Of a DNA stretch of 64,000 bases, positions 50,452-64,000 are shown piece after piece; position 1 is the first letter of the stretch; each line of letters starts with the position of its first letter. Location of the stretch: positions 186,001 to 250,000 of the forward strand of contig JAPEUD010000020.1 of the NCBI GenBank assembly GCA_026026165.1, read 5' to 3'. This stretch comes from Sarea resinae. Lineage: Eukaryota. The notes under the pieces were generated by a model. The model did not search any database. It was not told the DNA's origin and saw only the letters and a program-made list of their open reading frames with translations. Both the position numbers and the translations under genes were made by a program.

Positions 50452-53400
50452 ATGGCCGACGAAGAAACCTTCGCGGCAATCGCTACGGTCGTGCGAACTC
50501 TTGCCACTGGAACGACCGTTTCAGAGACGCTGCGAGGCTCAAAGCCGTATGTCTCTGAATATGCACCCTATGGCTCCATATCCGAGGAGATTTCGTTACC
50601 CGGCGAAGACAGCGATGTGAAGAAGTCCCTCGAAAAGGAGCTGTCAGCTCTGACAGCTCGGGTTCGATTCCTGGAGGCTAAAGCGAGCAACGTCAACCAT
50701 CAAGACCTCCCCGACACCCCCAACGAATATGGTATAGCCTCATCCCCATTTCTGGGAAACTCACCTTCAAAAGCTGCCCGTTATGGAGGCCCTCTTTCCG
50801 CGCGCCAGGGCCCCACTTCTACTCGAGAACGGGGTGCCTCGTGGGTATCAAATTTGCTCGGCTCGAAGGACGACAGTGACAACGATAAGCAGTATCAAGT
50901 AACGCAGCTCAATGGAGAGCAGCTCGGCTTCTTGAGAGATCATGTTAACAAGCAAGCGGAGGAGATCAAGAACCAGAAGGAGGTCATCGCCAACGTCAGC
51001 CACCAGCTGGGCGAACAGCAAAAGCAAACGGAACGAGCTCTCGGTAAAGTCGAACATGAGAACGTACAGACGTTGGAACGCGAGCTCAAGAAACATCAAC
51101 AAGCAAATGAGGCGTTCCAGAAGGCCCTCAGGGAGATCGGAGGCATCGTCACCGCTGTAGCTCGAGGAGACCTCAGCAAAAAGGTACTCATACACGCTAA
51201 GGAGATGGACCCAGAAATTACGACGTTCAAACGGACAATAAACACTATGATGGACCAATTGCAGGTGTTTGCCAGCGAAGTGTCGAGGGTTGCACGAGAA
51301 GTCGGAACTGAAGGCCGACTAGGTGGTCAGGCTCAGATTACTGGAGTTGATGGTACTTGGAAAGAATTGACAGGAAATGGTAGGCAATCTTGTTTCTCAT
51401 CTCGATACCCCAGATCTAATTGTTTTCTAGTCAATGTCATGGCGAAGAATCTCACCGACCAAGTGCGGGAGATCGCCGAGGTCACTAAGGCGGTCGCTCA
51501 TGGCGATCTCAGTCATAAGATACGCATCCAGGCGCGAGGCGAAATACTAGAGTTACAGCAAACCATCAACACTATGGTCGATAATCTTCGGACGTTTGCT
51601 ATGGAGGTGACAAGAGTCGCTCGCGACGTAGGTACGGAAGGTGTACTAGGCGGCCAGGCTCAGATCGAAGGCGTACGAGGCATGTGGAATGACCTCACGG
51701 TCAATGTGAACGCGATGGCGAACAACCTAACGACCCAAGTCCGAGATATCGCAACCGTCACAAGAGCTGTAGCAAAGGGAGACCTCACTCAAAAGGTAAA
51801 GGCAAATTGCAAAGGCGAGATCCTCGATCTGAAGACTACGATCAATTCCATGGTCGACCAGCTGCAGCAATTTGCCCACGAAGTTACCAAGATAGCAAGG
51901 GAGGTCGGCACTGAAGGTAGACTTGGGGGCCAGGCAACGGTACATGATGTTGAAGGAACCTGGAAAGACCTCACCCAGAACGTGAATGGCATGGCAAAGA
52001 ATCTCACAACTCAGGTCCGAGAAATCGCGGAAGTCACGACTGCTGTAGCCAAGGGTGACTTGAGTAAAAAGGTAGGAGCTGAAGTCCAGGGTGAGATGCT
52101 CGATTTGAAGAACACCATCAACACCATGGTTGACAGACTCAGTACCTTCGCTTTCGAGGTGAGCAAGGTAGCGAGAGAGGTGGGTACTGAGGGTACGCTT
52201 GGCGGCCAAGCTGAGGTTGAGAACGTCGAAGGCAAATGGAAGGATCTCACCGAAAACGTCAACACAATGGCTCAGAACCTTACAGCTCAGGTGCGAAATA
52301 TTTCCGAGGTCACGCAAGCCATTGCCGGGGGCGATATGAGCAAGAAGATCGAAGTCCACGCTCAAGGAGAGATGCTGCTGTTGAAGTCCACCATCAACAA
52401 CATGGTTGACCGTCTTGCTATATTCTCAACAGAAGTGCAACGTGTTGCTCGAGATGTCGGTGTCGACGGCAAGATGGGCGGTCAAGCCAATGTCGAAGGT
52501 GTTAGTGGACGCTGGAAGGAGATCACCACAGATGTAAACACCATGGCGCAGAACCTCACTTCTCAGGTGCGAGCCTTTGGGGATATAACTGTGGCTGCGA
52601 CAGATGGCGACTTCACAAAACTCATTACCGTGGAAGCGTCTGGGGAAATGGACGAACTGAAACGAAAGATCAACAAGATGGTCTTCAACCTTCGAGACAG
52701 CATTCAGCGAAATACCCAAGCCAGAGAAGCAGCGGAATTGGCCAACAGGACAAAGTCTGAATTCCTTGCGAACATGAGTCATGAGATACGAACACCTATG
52801 AACGGCATCATCGGAATGACGCAGTTGACCCTGGATACCGACCTTACTCAGTATCAAAGGGAGATGCTCAACATTGTCCACTCCCTCGCAAATAGCTTGT
52901 TAACAATCATTGACGATATCCTGGATATTTCAAAGATCGAAGCTAACCGCATGGTCATGGAGGCAATTCCGTTCTCTATCAGAGGGACAGTCTTCAATGC
53001 CCTCAAAACACTCGCCGTGAAGGCGAACGAAAGATTCCTCGATCTCTCTTACCAAGTCGATAGCTCCGTGCCCGATTATGTCATTGGAGATTCATTCAGA
53101 CTACGGCAAATCATTCTCAATCTCGTGGGGAATGCTATCAAATTCACAGAGCACGGGGAGGTCAAACTCTCGATAGGCAAGACATCACAAGATAAATGTG
53201 GTGCGGATGAATATGCGTTCGAATTCCAGGTCGCAGACACAGGCATCGGGATTCAGGGAGACAAGCTTGATCTGATTTTCGATACCTTCCAACAAGCAGA
53301 CGGCTCCACGACAAGGAAATTCGGTGGAACCGGCCTTGGATTATCGATTTCTAAGAGACTGGTCAACTTGATGGGCGGTGATTTGTGGGTCACATCCCAG

Positions 53401-54661
53401 TACAGCCAAGGTAGTACCTTCTATTTCACTTGCATTGTTCGCCTCGCAACAACGGATTTAAGTGCTATTGGTCGGCAATTGAATGCATACAAGAATCATA
53501 CCGTTCTTTTCATCGACAAAGGACATACTGGCTATGGCAAAGAAATTGCTTCAATGTTGAAGCAGCTCGGTCTTGTCCCTGTCGTCGCAAATGCCGAAGA
53601 TCAGAAGGTCGTGATGGAGAAACCAGCTACGTCACGCCGGACGGTTGGCAATGGTTACGATGTTATCATCGTCGACGCAATTGACACCGCCCGCAAATTA
53701 AGGACCGTTGATGAATTCAAGTATATCCCTATTGTTCTACTAGCCCCTGTGGTTTCGGTCAGCCTCAAATCAGCGCTCGATCTCGGAATAACAAGTTATA
53801 TGACAACGCCCTGTCTTCCAATCGATCTAGGCAATGGCATGATTCCCGCTCTCGACGGACGGGCAGCGCCATCTTTGACAGACACTTCTAGGATATTCGA
53901 CGTCTTACTCGCCGAGGATAATATCGTGAACCAGAGGCTGGCTGTGAAGATACTGGAAAAATATCATCATGTAGTGACCGTCGTCGGTAATGGGCTTGAT
54001 GCCTTTGAAGCCGTTAAGAAGAAGCGATACGACGTCATACTCATGGATGTCCAGATGCCAATCATGGTTAGTAAAACCCCACCGCCCCCAATTCAAAAGG
54101 ATGAACTGACACGTTATACAGGGTGGCTTTGAAGCGACGGCCAAGATCCGCGAATACGAGCGAGACCACGGTTTGATGAGGTCACCGATCATTGCACTCA
54201 CAGCTCATGCCATGTTGGGAGACCGCGAGAAGTGTATACAAGCTCAGATGGATGTAAGTTCTTGCTCGACGTCACATGACATCTCGTAGCGATGGCTGAC
54301 ATGGTCATAGGAATATCTTTCAAAACCCCTTAAGCAAAACCAGCTCATTCAGACAATTCTGAAATGTGCCTCATTGCCAGGCGTGCGTCTGGATGGTCAT
54401 AAGGATCCAAGAGATGCAGCAAAGGGGGAAGGAAAGAGTCCAAATCCCTCATCCAGTCTCTCCCCCAGCCAGTCTAGGCCTGGCCTAGAAAATAGAGCCT
54501 TTACCACCACCGGACCCATCACTCATGGTAGTCTGGAGAGTCCAGGTGCTACGCATGAACAGCAACAGGATCCCTTGGAAAGAGTACGTTGAAGCGTTGG
54601 GCAGAGCGTGGCTCATTGCTGACGGTGTCTATAGCTGCTATTGAGGTCACATAGCTCCTAA
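50452..54661 (+). CDS. NIK1: Group III hybrid histidine kinase Nik1/Os-1/NikA; introns 51380-51430, about 54067-54121, 54254-54310, 54584-54634
   Basis: Five ~92-aa HAMP repeats (EVGTEG.LGGQA) plus a final HAMP, H-box [17 protein letters not shown]1/F/G2 boxes ([22 protein letters not shown]), receiver LLAEDN...[10 protein letters not shown]...KP. Confidence 0.96.
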
Positions 54662-56126
54662 CTGAGCTGTAACATAATAGGAGGAGCTCTAAGCATCATC
54701 TTCCTTTCGAACACGATTCTATTAACGTGCGGGCCGGTCGGGTTGGGAGTTGGGAGATGAGGGTCCTGAATTTCTCACGTTTATGTTGAGGGCGCTTGAA
54801 TGAGCATTTTGGCATGCACACTGTCGGCGTTCGAATTTTCCCCCAAGCTCAGATGGTTTCTTCTTTTCCTTTTCCTCGAAGAGTTTCACTATCGGCTATA
54901 CTGTTCCTCAATTGCTATGCGATCATTTCCGGGCTGATGCGTTCATGGTGCTACATCATACCGTCACAGGCGAGCACACCTTGAGAGAGAGGAAGACGGA
55001 GTCCAGGCGTCGTTCATATGGTAGCTAAACAGAAGAGCTATCGAACATAAAGTTTATGGGTCTTTCTCCCCAGATAGAAGCCTTTCTCCAGTCCGAGAAG
55101 CTGTCTTTCATCGCATCCAGAGAAGATGCACTGTGCGAGGAAAGTGTTACCGCTCGCAGATGGGTGCCCCACACCTCTCCGAATTCATCTTAAACGTGGG
55201 ACTAGATTGTGACGTTCCATTCCAGGCCTCTGTCGGCCTGGCGCGTCCACTGTAGACTTTTGACAGAGATTGCTCGTCAGTTGGGCTTTTGCCACCGCTA
55301 CGTGGTGACTCGGAAAGATTCGAAGGATTTTTCGGTGACGGCCTCTGCCGAGACCCGAACCATCCAGATCGACCATCTTGGAATGAGGTGAGAGCTCATC
55401 CCTTGTCTTCCTTCGCACTGCAGTACCTCGTACAGTCTTGCGTAGATAGGTAGAAGAGTTACGTGGCTATTACATGGAATTTTGGATCCAAAAAGGCTGC
55501 CAGTCGAAGAATGTTAGCATGATCGCAAGTGAAGTCCATACATAAAGTAATACAGGATCGAGGCACAGGCGAATCGCCCTCGGCCTGCGGCCCCCTGCTC
55601 GTACTACAGCTACTCTTGGCCTTCGCGGCTCCGCGTTCGCCAAATATAATGTTGGCGTAAAGTGCTCGTGGTCTCTGGTCCGCGCGCGTCATATCAGTCA
55701 ACAACGGACACTGCCTTAGTGGTATTGAACACGAATCGTCAGTACGAACAATCTGGACGTTGTCCACCATCAAAGTCTTGCACGGAGATTGCAGAGCATG
55801 TCCAGTCGGCTACACTAGTCCGAGTGAATCCATCTCATCGATCCTATCACCTCTCGCAACAGCTCACCTCACGCATATCGTACCCACGACATATCATCGA
55901 GGCACTCCTTCACGCTGGTCTCATCGCAATCTACCCCGCGAGATCACCTCGCATCCAAAAGCCATCGTCACTATTCCCACAAGAAACACCTCCCATGGTC
56001 TGAGTCTATTGCCCTTCGGCACGACATCGTGAGAGCTGTCTTGCGCTGTGTGGCGACTATCCCCCGTTGCGCGCCCGCTTCAGCCCAGCCGCTTACAGGT
56101 GGCCATCTTCTGCTCACAATCACACG

Positions 56127-59100
56127 ATGTCAGGCCTTGTCCCGGGCGCTGTGCCCCGCGAGGTCGAAGACGACGAGGCTTTAGCAAGGGTTCTTCAGGA
56201 GTCGCTTGATGAAGATCCCGACGAGTTCACACAATCAACAGCATACTCCGATAATGAGATTCAGCAGCTAGATGGATCGGCGAATTCCAAGCCATCTCAG
56301 GACAATCGCTCTAGCGACCTTGTATTCCCTGGATCATCGCAAGGTTTCCGTGGTGGGAATGAAGATAGTGAGAGCGGGCCTAGTTCGAGTGGTGGGCGTG
56401 GCGAAGAGGCTCACGGCGCAGGACTATTCGCGGACATTTTTCCCCAGGAACTCTCTTCTACAGAAGGGTCGGTCTCTGGCTCAGAATCAGGCGAGCAACT
56501 CAGACAGAGCTCCACGAACGGTGGTTTTAATGAGGGAGGCTTCCTCAATTTACCGGACTTGCCTACCTCAAGCCCTAGTCCACAGGAGTCATCTGTGAGT
56601 TCTTCCCCAGGTTTGCTTTCTCCTTCGACCACGACCAGAAAGCGACTGCAGGATCATTACCCTTCCTATGATGGCTCTGGAAGGCACCCGGAGGCCAAAT
56701 CCAGACGAACCACTCCAAGTCCAGCCGTCACTGGCCGAACTTCACCCTCCACACCCGTCTCGATTGGGATACCCGATGAGGAGTTTGAGGAAATAATGAG
56801 GGCTATTGCAGGAGATAGCCCCGGCAGTGCTCGCAAATTCCGGGAGGAGCAAATGGAAAGCGAGAGGATCATGCGCGAGCGTATGCAGAGAGAACGTCAA
56901 GATGCCGAATTTGCAAGAGCTCTCCAGGCAGACAGCCCCTACTTCGGATCGCTATCTGCGCCAACCAGCTCCATGGTAGCTCATGGCAGCCAGACCACAA
57001 GGGGCCAAGTGGACAATGGCTTGACAAGGCTGGCGCATCTTCCAAAGCGTGAGCCGAATTTCCCGGGGTCAAGTCATGGCGATCATAACACTGGTATTGG
57101 AAAAGTGAAAGCGGAACGCTCGAGCTTTCAACAGCCGCAGCATTCGGATCGCTCCTCAAATGGATTTATTGAACTAAGCAGTGACGAAGATTTCCAGGAG
57201 ATTACACCTGTAGCCTTCCAGAAGACGGGCGGCGCCAATCGACAGCAGTCTCAACCCACGCCTCAGGCAATACCTGGAAACCGGTCACTGCAGCTCAATC
57301 CCACGGGACATGATAGAGGACGAAGCCCTTTTATCAGGATTGACGACTTTGACGATGCACTATCTCCGGGAAATGACAAACACTCAATTCAAGGAACACA
57401 TTCTGCGCCTCTAAACCCATATGGGCCATCTCCTACTGGAGCCCTCCCAGCTAGTGCTTATAATGCACAAAGAGGTCCAGCGTTCTCAGGATATGGACCG
57501 AACGGTAATGGAGGACACAGCCCAAACTATCACAACGATCCTCAGAGGATGGGCCTATCCGGTCATGCTATGGGATATCCTTACGCCCACCCGTATAGCA
57601 CGCAGCCTAACATGGGTAACGCCTCGGATGCGCAATACATTCCCGGTGCGGGAGTGTGGGCAAAGGGGGTAGATGCTGCCTCACGGTTTGCCCGGAATGC
57701 GGCATCGACAGGTCGAGACATGTACTACGGGTTGAACGGTTTCGTAGATTACGCTGCAAAACCAAACGGCCTACAGGTTCACGGCAGGGCTGCAGGTATC
57801 GGAGGGCCGTCTACACCCTGGGATATCCCTGCAGGGGCTTTTAATTCGAGCTATCGAGAACTCAAATCTGACCGTGAAACTTCTCACGCATCTGACCCTT
57901 TGGGACTTGGAATTGACCTCGACACCAACGCTTACCAAGCCTACTTGGATAGATACGACTACATTGCGAACGATCCGACTAAAACTCGAGAGGAGATTCA
58001 GGCTCTGTTGGAAAATATCCGCCCTGACGAGGAAATGCCTCCCGAAAACAGAGAAGGAACCCCCGACGGAATGAAATATCCTCTCATGGAGCATCAAAAA
58101 CTTGGTCTGACGTGGCTAAAAAATATGGAAGAGGGTTCGAATCGCGGTGGCATACTCGCAGATGACATGGGCCTAGGTAAAACCATACAAGCCTTGGCTC
58201 TGATACTTTCTCGACCTTCCGATGATCGACGTTGCAAGACTACGCTGATCGTGGGCCCTGTTGCTCTGATGAAGCAATGGGAACGGGAGATCCAGACTAA
58301 GATTACTGGTCGCGGTCTGTCTACCTTTCTACTGCATGGGGCTAAAAAGAACACTGCCACGTGGAGCTCGTTGAAGGAGTTTGACGTTGTTTTGACAACT
58401 TATGGGACTCTGGCTTCTGAGCTCAAACGCAAAGAAGCCTGGCACAAACGACGACGTGAAAATCCCGATGCGATACCCGCGAAAGGCGAAAAGTTGTTGC
58501 TAGTCGGTGGCGAATGCAAGTGGTATCGGTAAGTTCATCATTTCCAACGCACATTACAGTAGAAGTGCTGAATTTTTGGTACAGGGTCATACTGGATGAA
58601 GCTCAGTGTATCAAGAACAAGTCCACCAAGGCCGCCTTGGGTGCTTGTGCTCTGCAGTCTCAGTTTCGTCTCTGCATGACGGGTACTCCCATGATGAATA
58701 ACGTCGGGGAACTCTTTTCCTTGATTGAGTTTCTCCGCATAAAGCCCTATAATGAGCAAACGCGTTTCAATCTTGTAAGTATTTTGCGCTTATCTGCTGG
58801 CAATCTTTCCAATGCTTACCCCACTATAGGACTTTGGGAGACCTCTCAAGAATGGCAGCCAAGCGGGCAAAGAGAAGGCTATGAGGAAATTGCAAGCTCT
58901 TTTGAAGGCGATTTTACTTCGCCGAACCAAGAAGTCGCAAATTGATGGCAAACCGATTTTGAACCTCCTCGAGCGGACCACCGAAGTGCGAAATGCTGTC
59001 TTCAGTGAAGATGAACAAGAATTCTATCGCGCCCTGGAGTCGAAGACACAACTCCAATTCAACAAGTACATGAAAGCCGGAACAGTCAATCGCAACTATT

Positions 59101-60459
59101 CTAACATTCTCGTACTGCTTCTGCGGCTTAGACAAGCTTGCTGTCATCCCCACCTCATCCGCGACTTTGGCATCGCTGTCAATGCTGAAGTTTCCATGGA
59201 TGATATGGTCAGCCTAGCCAAAGAGCTCGCTCCTGAGGTTGTCTCAAGAATCAAGGAGATTGAGTCTTTTGAATGCCAAGTCTGCTACGATGCTGTCGAT
59301 AATCCTACCATCTTCATACCATGCGGTCACGACACTTGCTCCGAGTGCTTTGCCAGAATATCAGATCCAACCCAAGCTCTTGCTCAAGGAAACGATGATT
59401 TTGTCGCCAAATGCCCTTCCTGTCGAGGAAAAATCGAACCGAAAAAAGTCATTGAGTATAATGTCTTCAAGCAGGTGCATATGCCAGACCCTACGACAGA
59501 GGCGAAGCAAGCGGACGTCGAGGAAGACGCTGATAGCGAGACTGAGAGCGAAGACGATGATACCGATGAATCGGATACCAGTAGTCTCGATGGATTCATC
59601 GTGGATGACGACGAAACTGGCAATGAAGGCTATGGCGAAGGCAGCGATCCTTTCTCAAAGTCGAAAAAGTCAACGCGCAAGAAAAAGGATGTTAAAGGCA
59701 AAGGCAAGGCCAAGGAGGCGAAGGGGCCCACCAAATCGCTTGCGCAGCTCAAGAGAGAGGGCGCTCGCAACGCCAAGGCCCGTCGTAAGTACATGCGTCG
59801 TTTGGCTCGTGACTGGGTCTCGAGCGCCAAGGTAGACAAAGCCTGCGAAATCCTGGAGAAGATCGAAGAAGCCGAAGTACCTGAGAAGACTATTGTCTTC
59901 AGTCAGTTTACATCTCTTCTGGATCTGATAGAAGTGCCCATCAGCCGCAAGGGCTGGGGTTACCGCCGCTATGACGGAGGTATGTCAGCGACTGCGCGCA
60001 ACCAGGCCGTGTTGGACTTTACCGATCAACCGAACTGCAAGATTATGCTTGTGTCTCTCAAGGCTGGAAACGCTGGTCTGAATCTCGTGGCCGCCTCTCA
60101 GGTCATCATACTTGATCCCTTCTGGAACCCGTATATCGAGGAACAGGCTATTGACCGCGCACACCGGATCGGGCAGTTGAAACCTGTAAGGGTACATCGA
60201 ATCCTCGTGGAGAACACGGTCGAGGATCGCATCATCAACTTGCAGGAGCAGAAGAGACAACTCATCGAGGGTGCATTAGATGAGAAGGCGAGCCAGAATA
60301 TCGGGAGGTTGGGCATAAGGGAGTTGGCTTATTTATTTGTGAGTCCTCTTTTCTCTATTTATTTCGCGACTGCCACGGCTTTTACTTCTTCACAGATATA
60401 CTGATACGGATCTGCTTCTCTAGGGCGTTTCTCATCAACCTCAACAGCAGCAGCAGTAA
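56127..60459 (+). CDS. SNF2-family helicase with RING finger (Uls1/Ris1-like); introns about 58530-58584, 58775-58829, 60339-60423
   Basis: GGILADDMGLGKT, ILDEAQCIKN, LLRLRQACCHPHL, RING CQVC...CGHDTCSEC...CPSC, SLKAGNAGLNL, QAIDRAHRIGQ, long disordered N-terminus. Confidence 0.88.
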
Positions 60460-61835
60460 TGATGGTCTGTCACGAAATTGCAAAAGCAACATCTGCATCG
60501 ATTTGCTCACCGGCTCTAATCCAGTCGACAATCTTCGACCTTCATCTCATCTTAGATGAGGTTTGATCAGGTTGCTCTCCTTTCGGCGTTGCGTTCCTCA
60601 TCGGTGGCTCTTTGTCGGCTACCACTTTTTCCCTTCGTTTTGTTCGTGAGGCGTTAGTAGCGTCCCTTATCCACTATAGACACAACAGACGCAAGTCACC
60701 TGTCCGCCCATCTGACATTTCCCTTCTCTTTTTCTTCAGCTTCACTCTGCAATAGTTGTCTGGTCGGTCGGTCGGTCGGTCGGTCGGTTGGTCGGGTAGC
60801 TAGCCAGTCATTTGGTTGTGTGGTCAAGGTTCTCAAGGCGTCGGCATCCTTTTTCTTTTCTTCGGGGTTTATTTCTCATGTCTCGGGCTCCTTAATTCTC
60901 ATTAATGAACGGCGTAGACCCTAGCTTACATGACCTTAACTGGGATAGCAGAATGCAATGATCCTTCTTCGCCGTCTCCTCTTTCGTTCTGTGTTTTTCA
61001 TTCAGTAGTCACCATTAAGGGTCTCACTCTAGTGAGCTAGTGGGATGAATGGATGGATCTCTGTATCCTTGATGTTTATTATAGAGGGTCAAGATGATTT
61101 ATCTTACCGCCGATACATTGGTAAGTATTCGTACCTCGTTGATCTACAGATGATTTACTATTCCATTACTTGTAAGGACCAGTAATTAGGCAAACCTGTT
61201 CCTACGTGAGCCATCCAAAAAGATCACTATCACCCGGCTCGTCCGGGCTATGCATGCCTATTTGCCTACTATATAGCGCAGCGCTCCTCACATACTTGGG
61301 CACACATAAAAAGTTCGATCATTACCATATTCCCAAAAGGCCCAGCAGTAATGCATAAGTCCATGCTATCAACGTAGTCCTACACTTGACTTGCTCAATC
61401 GATTCTCTGTAAATCTCCAAGTATACCAAGCGATAGATTACCAGAATACCAATGTCTCCATAAGGCTGGCAAATGCAGGCGTAAATGAAGAGCAAGCACC
61501 TTGGCTGTCCACGGAGAAGTTCTGCAAGGGTCGGTTGCCTATGAATGAGAGGCTGATAGGTGATGCGACACATTCACTGTGACATAAACGGGCTGCTTAG
61601 AGGGAGGGGGTTCATGCTTCCAGAAGACAGCAGCGAGGTATGGGGGATATTACAAGCAAGTGCCTACATTGCCGCCCGCGTTATCGCCCACAGCATTGCC
61701 CACAGCATTGCCTACATCACCGCCCCCTTCTACACACCCACTTACAAATAGAAGAGCAACTCACGGAGAAAAGAACATTTCACAAGTGAAAGAACAACTC
61801 ACCGAAGAACCACCAGCCTACCCTCCGCCAGCAAG

Positions 61836-62499
61836 ATGGACATGATCACAGCAATCTACGAGTGCATTACAGGTTCGGCACCCACAGACGACATGGCCCA
61901 TACCCACGAGACCAACAACCCCAAGAGCCGCCCCCGTCCAACCCACCGAAGAAGAAATCGCCTCCTCCGTCCTCTCCGCCCTCTTCACCGCCGAGAAACC
62001 CGGCAAAGACCTCGAGTGCCGCCTGCAAGACATCGTGCACACAAGCGGCTGGTACGAAGGCGTGGCAAAGCGCATTCTAGCCGGTCTGGAGCTCGCCCTG
62101 AACGAGGGCGCGGCCATGGGAGGAGCGATGAAAGAGGCGTTTGACAAAGCCACCGCGGTGGCGGATGGGTTTGTGCGCGAGCATCCCATCCTCGTCGGGG
62201 CCGTGGTCACGCTTGTCGCCATTGGGATCCTGGTGAATCTCGTGCCATGGGCGGTGGAGGCATTGGGGTTTGCGGAGCTGGGGCCTGTTGAGGGTGAGCT
62301 GTTTTCCTGTTCTCTGCGGTTTACTGTTTAATCTAGGATATGATGCGTGATCCATGCCATCAGAGGCGCGCGCGAATGCGAGGCTGACACGTCGTAAGGC
62401 TCGTTTGCGGCGCTGTGGCAGTCAACGTTCCCGGACGTGGAGGCTGCGTCGTGGTTCGCGTGGTTTCAGAGACTCGGCATGAAATGGGCCGCAAAGTGA
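61836..62499 (+). pseudogene. Small fungal membrane protein with an IFI6/IFI27-like glycine motif, apparently frameshifted near 61875-61940 (pseudogene or assembly indel); intron 62294-62398
   Basis: The start MDMITAIYECITGS is one frame off from the body EEEIASSVLSALFTAEKPG...EHPILVGAVVTLVAIGILVNLVPWAVEALGFAELGPVEG|SFAALWQS...FQRLGMKW. The body frame has no ATG downstream of the TGA at 61843. Confidence 0.5.
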
Positions 62500-63411
62500 G
62501 AGGGCGAGAACCAACATTGGTGGTGAGGGGATCTGACGGGCTACTACGCTGAAATCGACAATCTCTTCTTGCCTTCCATCGCCTTCCTTTCTCCAACGTG
62601 GACGAAGAGCGCGCGTTGCGGATTCGAATGTCGTGGGATCTGGCTGCCCCGTTCCCCATGTTGATTTAAGCGCCCAGGGCTTCCGAGCTACCCCACCAAC
62701 ATGACCCTCTTACGCTAGCTAGCCTCGCGCTACTGTTGATGTCCATAGATATTAAGATAGTGGTTTTGCTTTTCTTGGCTCTGAAATTATATACATTGCA
62801 AATCTTCCATGTTAAGCTACTACAGATTGTTGCTTGCATCAGATATAAGTTGCTCTACCAGACTCCTCTAGACGATTTCTTTTAGTGCCACCATGGTTGT
62901 CATATCAGCGATAATATAGAAGGCGATAGGCTATAAGGCAATTGAAGCTCGTCATAGAGCAAATTATGTTTCGTCATCACCGTCTGCGAAATCCTCGATG
63001 AGTGATCACAGTAATCTCATCATATATGCCACCACGCTTCCACACAGGCACACTGGACCTGCGAGCAGCTAGCCGTCTGTATTCATCTCACTACACTGCC
63101 TAAAGCTAGCTCTACAGAGATGCTGGGAGGAGGAATGAAACAGATGAGGTACTTCTTTCGCTTCATAAGAAAGATAAACTGGAGAAGATGAGAGTCGTGT
63201 AATTTGTGAAATGTGATTATTGTGATTGGAAGGGTGGCGACGGGCGAGATCGTAAGGGGGTTTATAAACGGCAGCAAAACGCGCTCTAGAAGACCTCGTG
63301 TGCTCGTACGTAGGACGGCGCGGCTTGAACGAGGGAAACCATGTCCGAAGGCATCAGCAGAGAGCGCCGTATGTGTGTGAGGTGAACAGGACTAGAGTGA
63401 CACGGCCCAGT

Positions 63412-64000
63412 TTACAGGTCCGCATCTTCCTCATCGGGCAAGGGCAAAGCAGCGGCGTCTTGCATCTCCTTCTGGTACTGAGCGAGAACAGCTTGGTCGA
63501 CTTGAACCTCTGGGGGAGCGAGAGCTGGGGCCGCGACAAATTCCTGTTGTAGAGAACGCATGGTTAGCTTACATGGCAGGTGTACGCAAGGAACTTGGAC
63601 AAGAATGGAGACTGAAAAGTCATACCAAAGTTTGGTTGCCAACGAGCTTCCTTGCCAACCACAAGAACGGCTTCTCAAAGTTGTAGTTGGACTTGGCAGA
63701 GATGTCGTAATATTGGAGATTCTTCTTTCGATGGAAGGTGATCGTCTTGGCCTTAACCTTACGCTCCTTCACATCGACTTTGTTTCCGCAAAGCACGATC
63801 GGAATGTTCTCGCAGACACGGACCAGATCACCTGCAGGAGCGATGACAATTCAGTGATGGACCTAAGGAAGTAACAGGCAAGTCAAGACCTACGGTGCCA
63901 GTTGGGGACGTTCTTGTAGGTGATACGAGAGGTCACATCAAACATGATGATACCGCATTGGCCGTTGATGTAGTATCCATCTCTCAGTCCACCAAACTTC
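63412..64000 (-). CDS. GSP1: Ran GTPase (Gsp1/Spi1), 3' part; runs off the window end
   Basis: [55 protein letters not shown]...[15 protein letters not shown]...acidic tail LPDEEDADL*. Confidence 0.96.

Noticed and set aside
51100..52700. Regularly spaced ~276-bp repeats
   Set aside because: These are the normal HAMP repeats of group III histidine kinases, not a CRISPR-like or mobile array.

Overview
Eukaryotic, intron-containing DNA from a filamentous ascomycete (Pezizomycotina-type GTRAGT/GTATGT donors, CTRAY branch points, YAG acceptors). It is a gene-dense core region with about 18 protein-coding genes: a partial 2OG-Fe(II) oxygenase, RAX1, RAD1 (9-1-1 clamp), GCN5, CSN7, CCC2 Cu-ATPase, SWR1, NDUFB8/ASHI, a Munc13-like C2 protein, a short coiled-coil (SCOC/Slo1-like) protein, 14-3-3, mitochondrial ATPase inhibitor IF1, NSP1, a Laa2-like protein, NIK1/OS-1 histidine kinase, a ULS1/RIS1-like SNF2-RING helicase, a small frameshifted membrane-protein gene and a partial Ran/GSP1. 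I found no transposon, CRISPR array, rRNA or tRNA. I did not find a clearly novel multi-gene system. The best leads are: (1) a recurrent non-coding motif TACGGAGTA and related palindromes; (2) microsatellite islands at convergent gene junctions that coincide with GC3-rich, low-complexity gene 3' ends; (3) a possible unannotated spliced minus-strand transcript near 35.2-36.0 kb; (4) the frameshifted IFI6/IFI27-like gene. All gene identities come from motif recognition by eye, not database searches, and exon boundaries are manual predictions.
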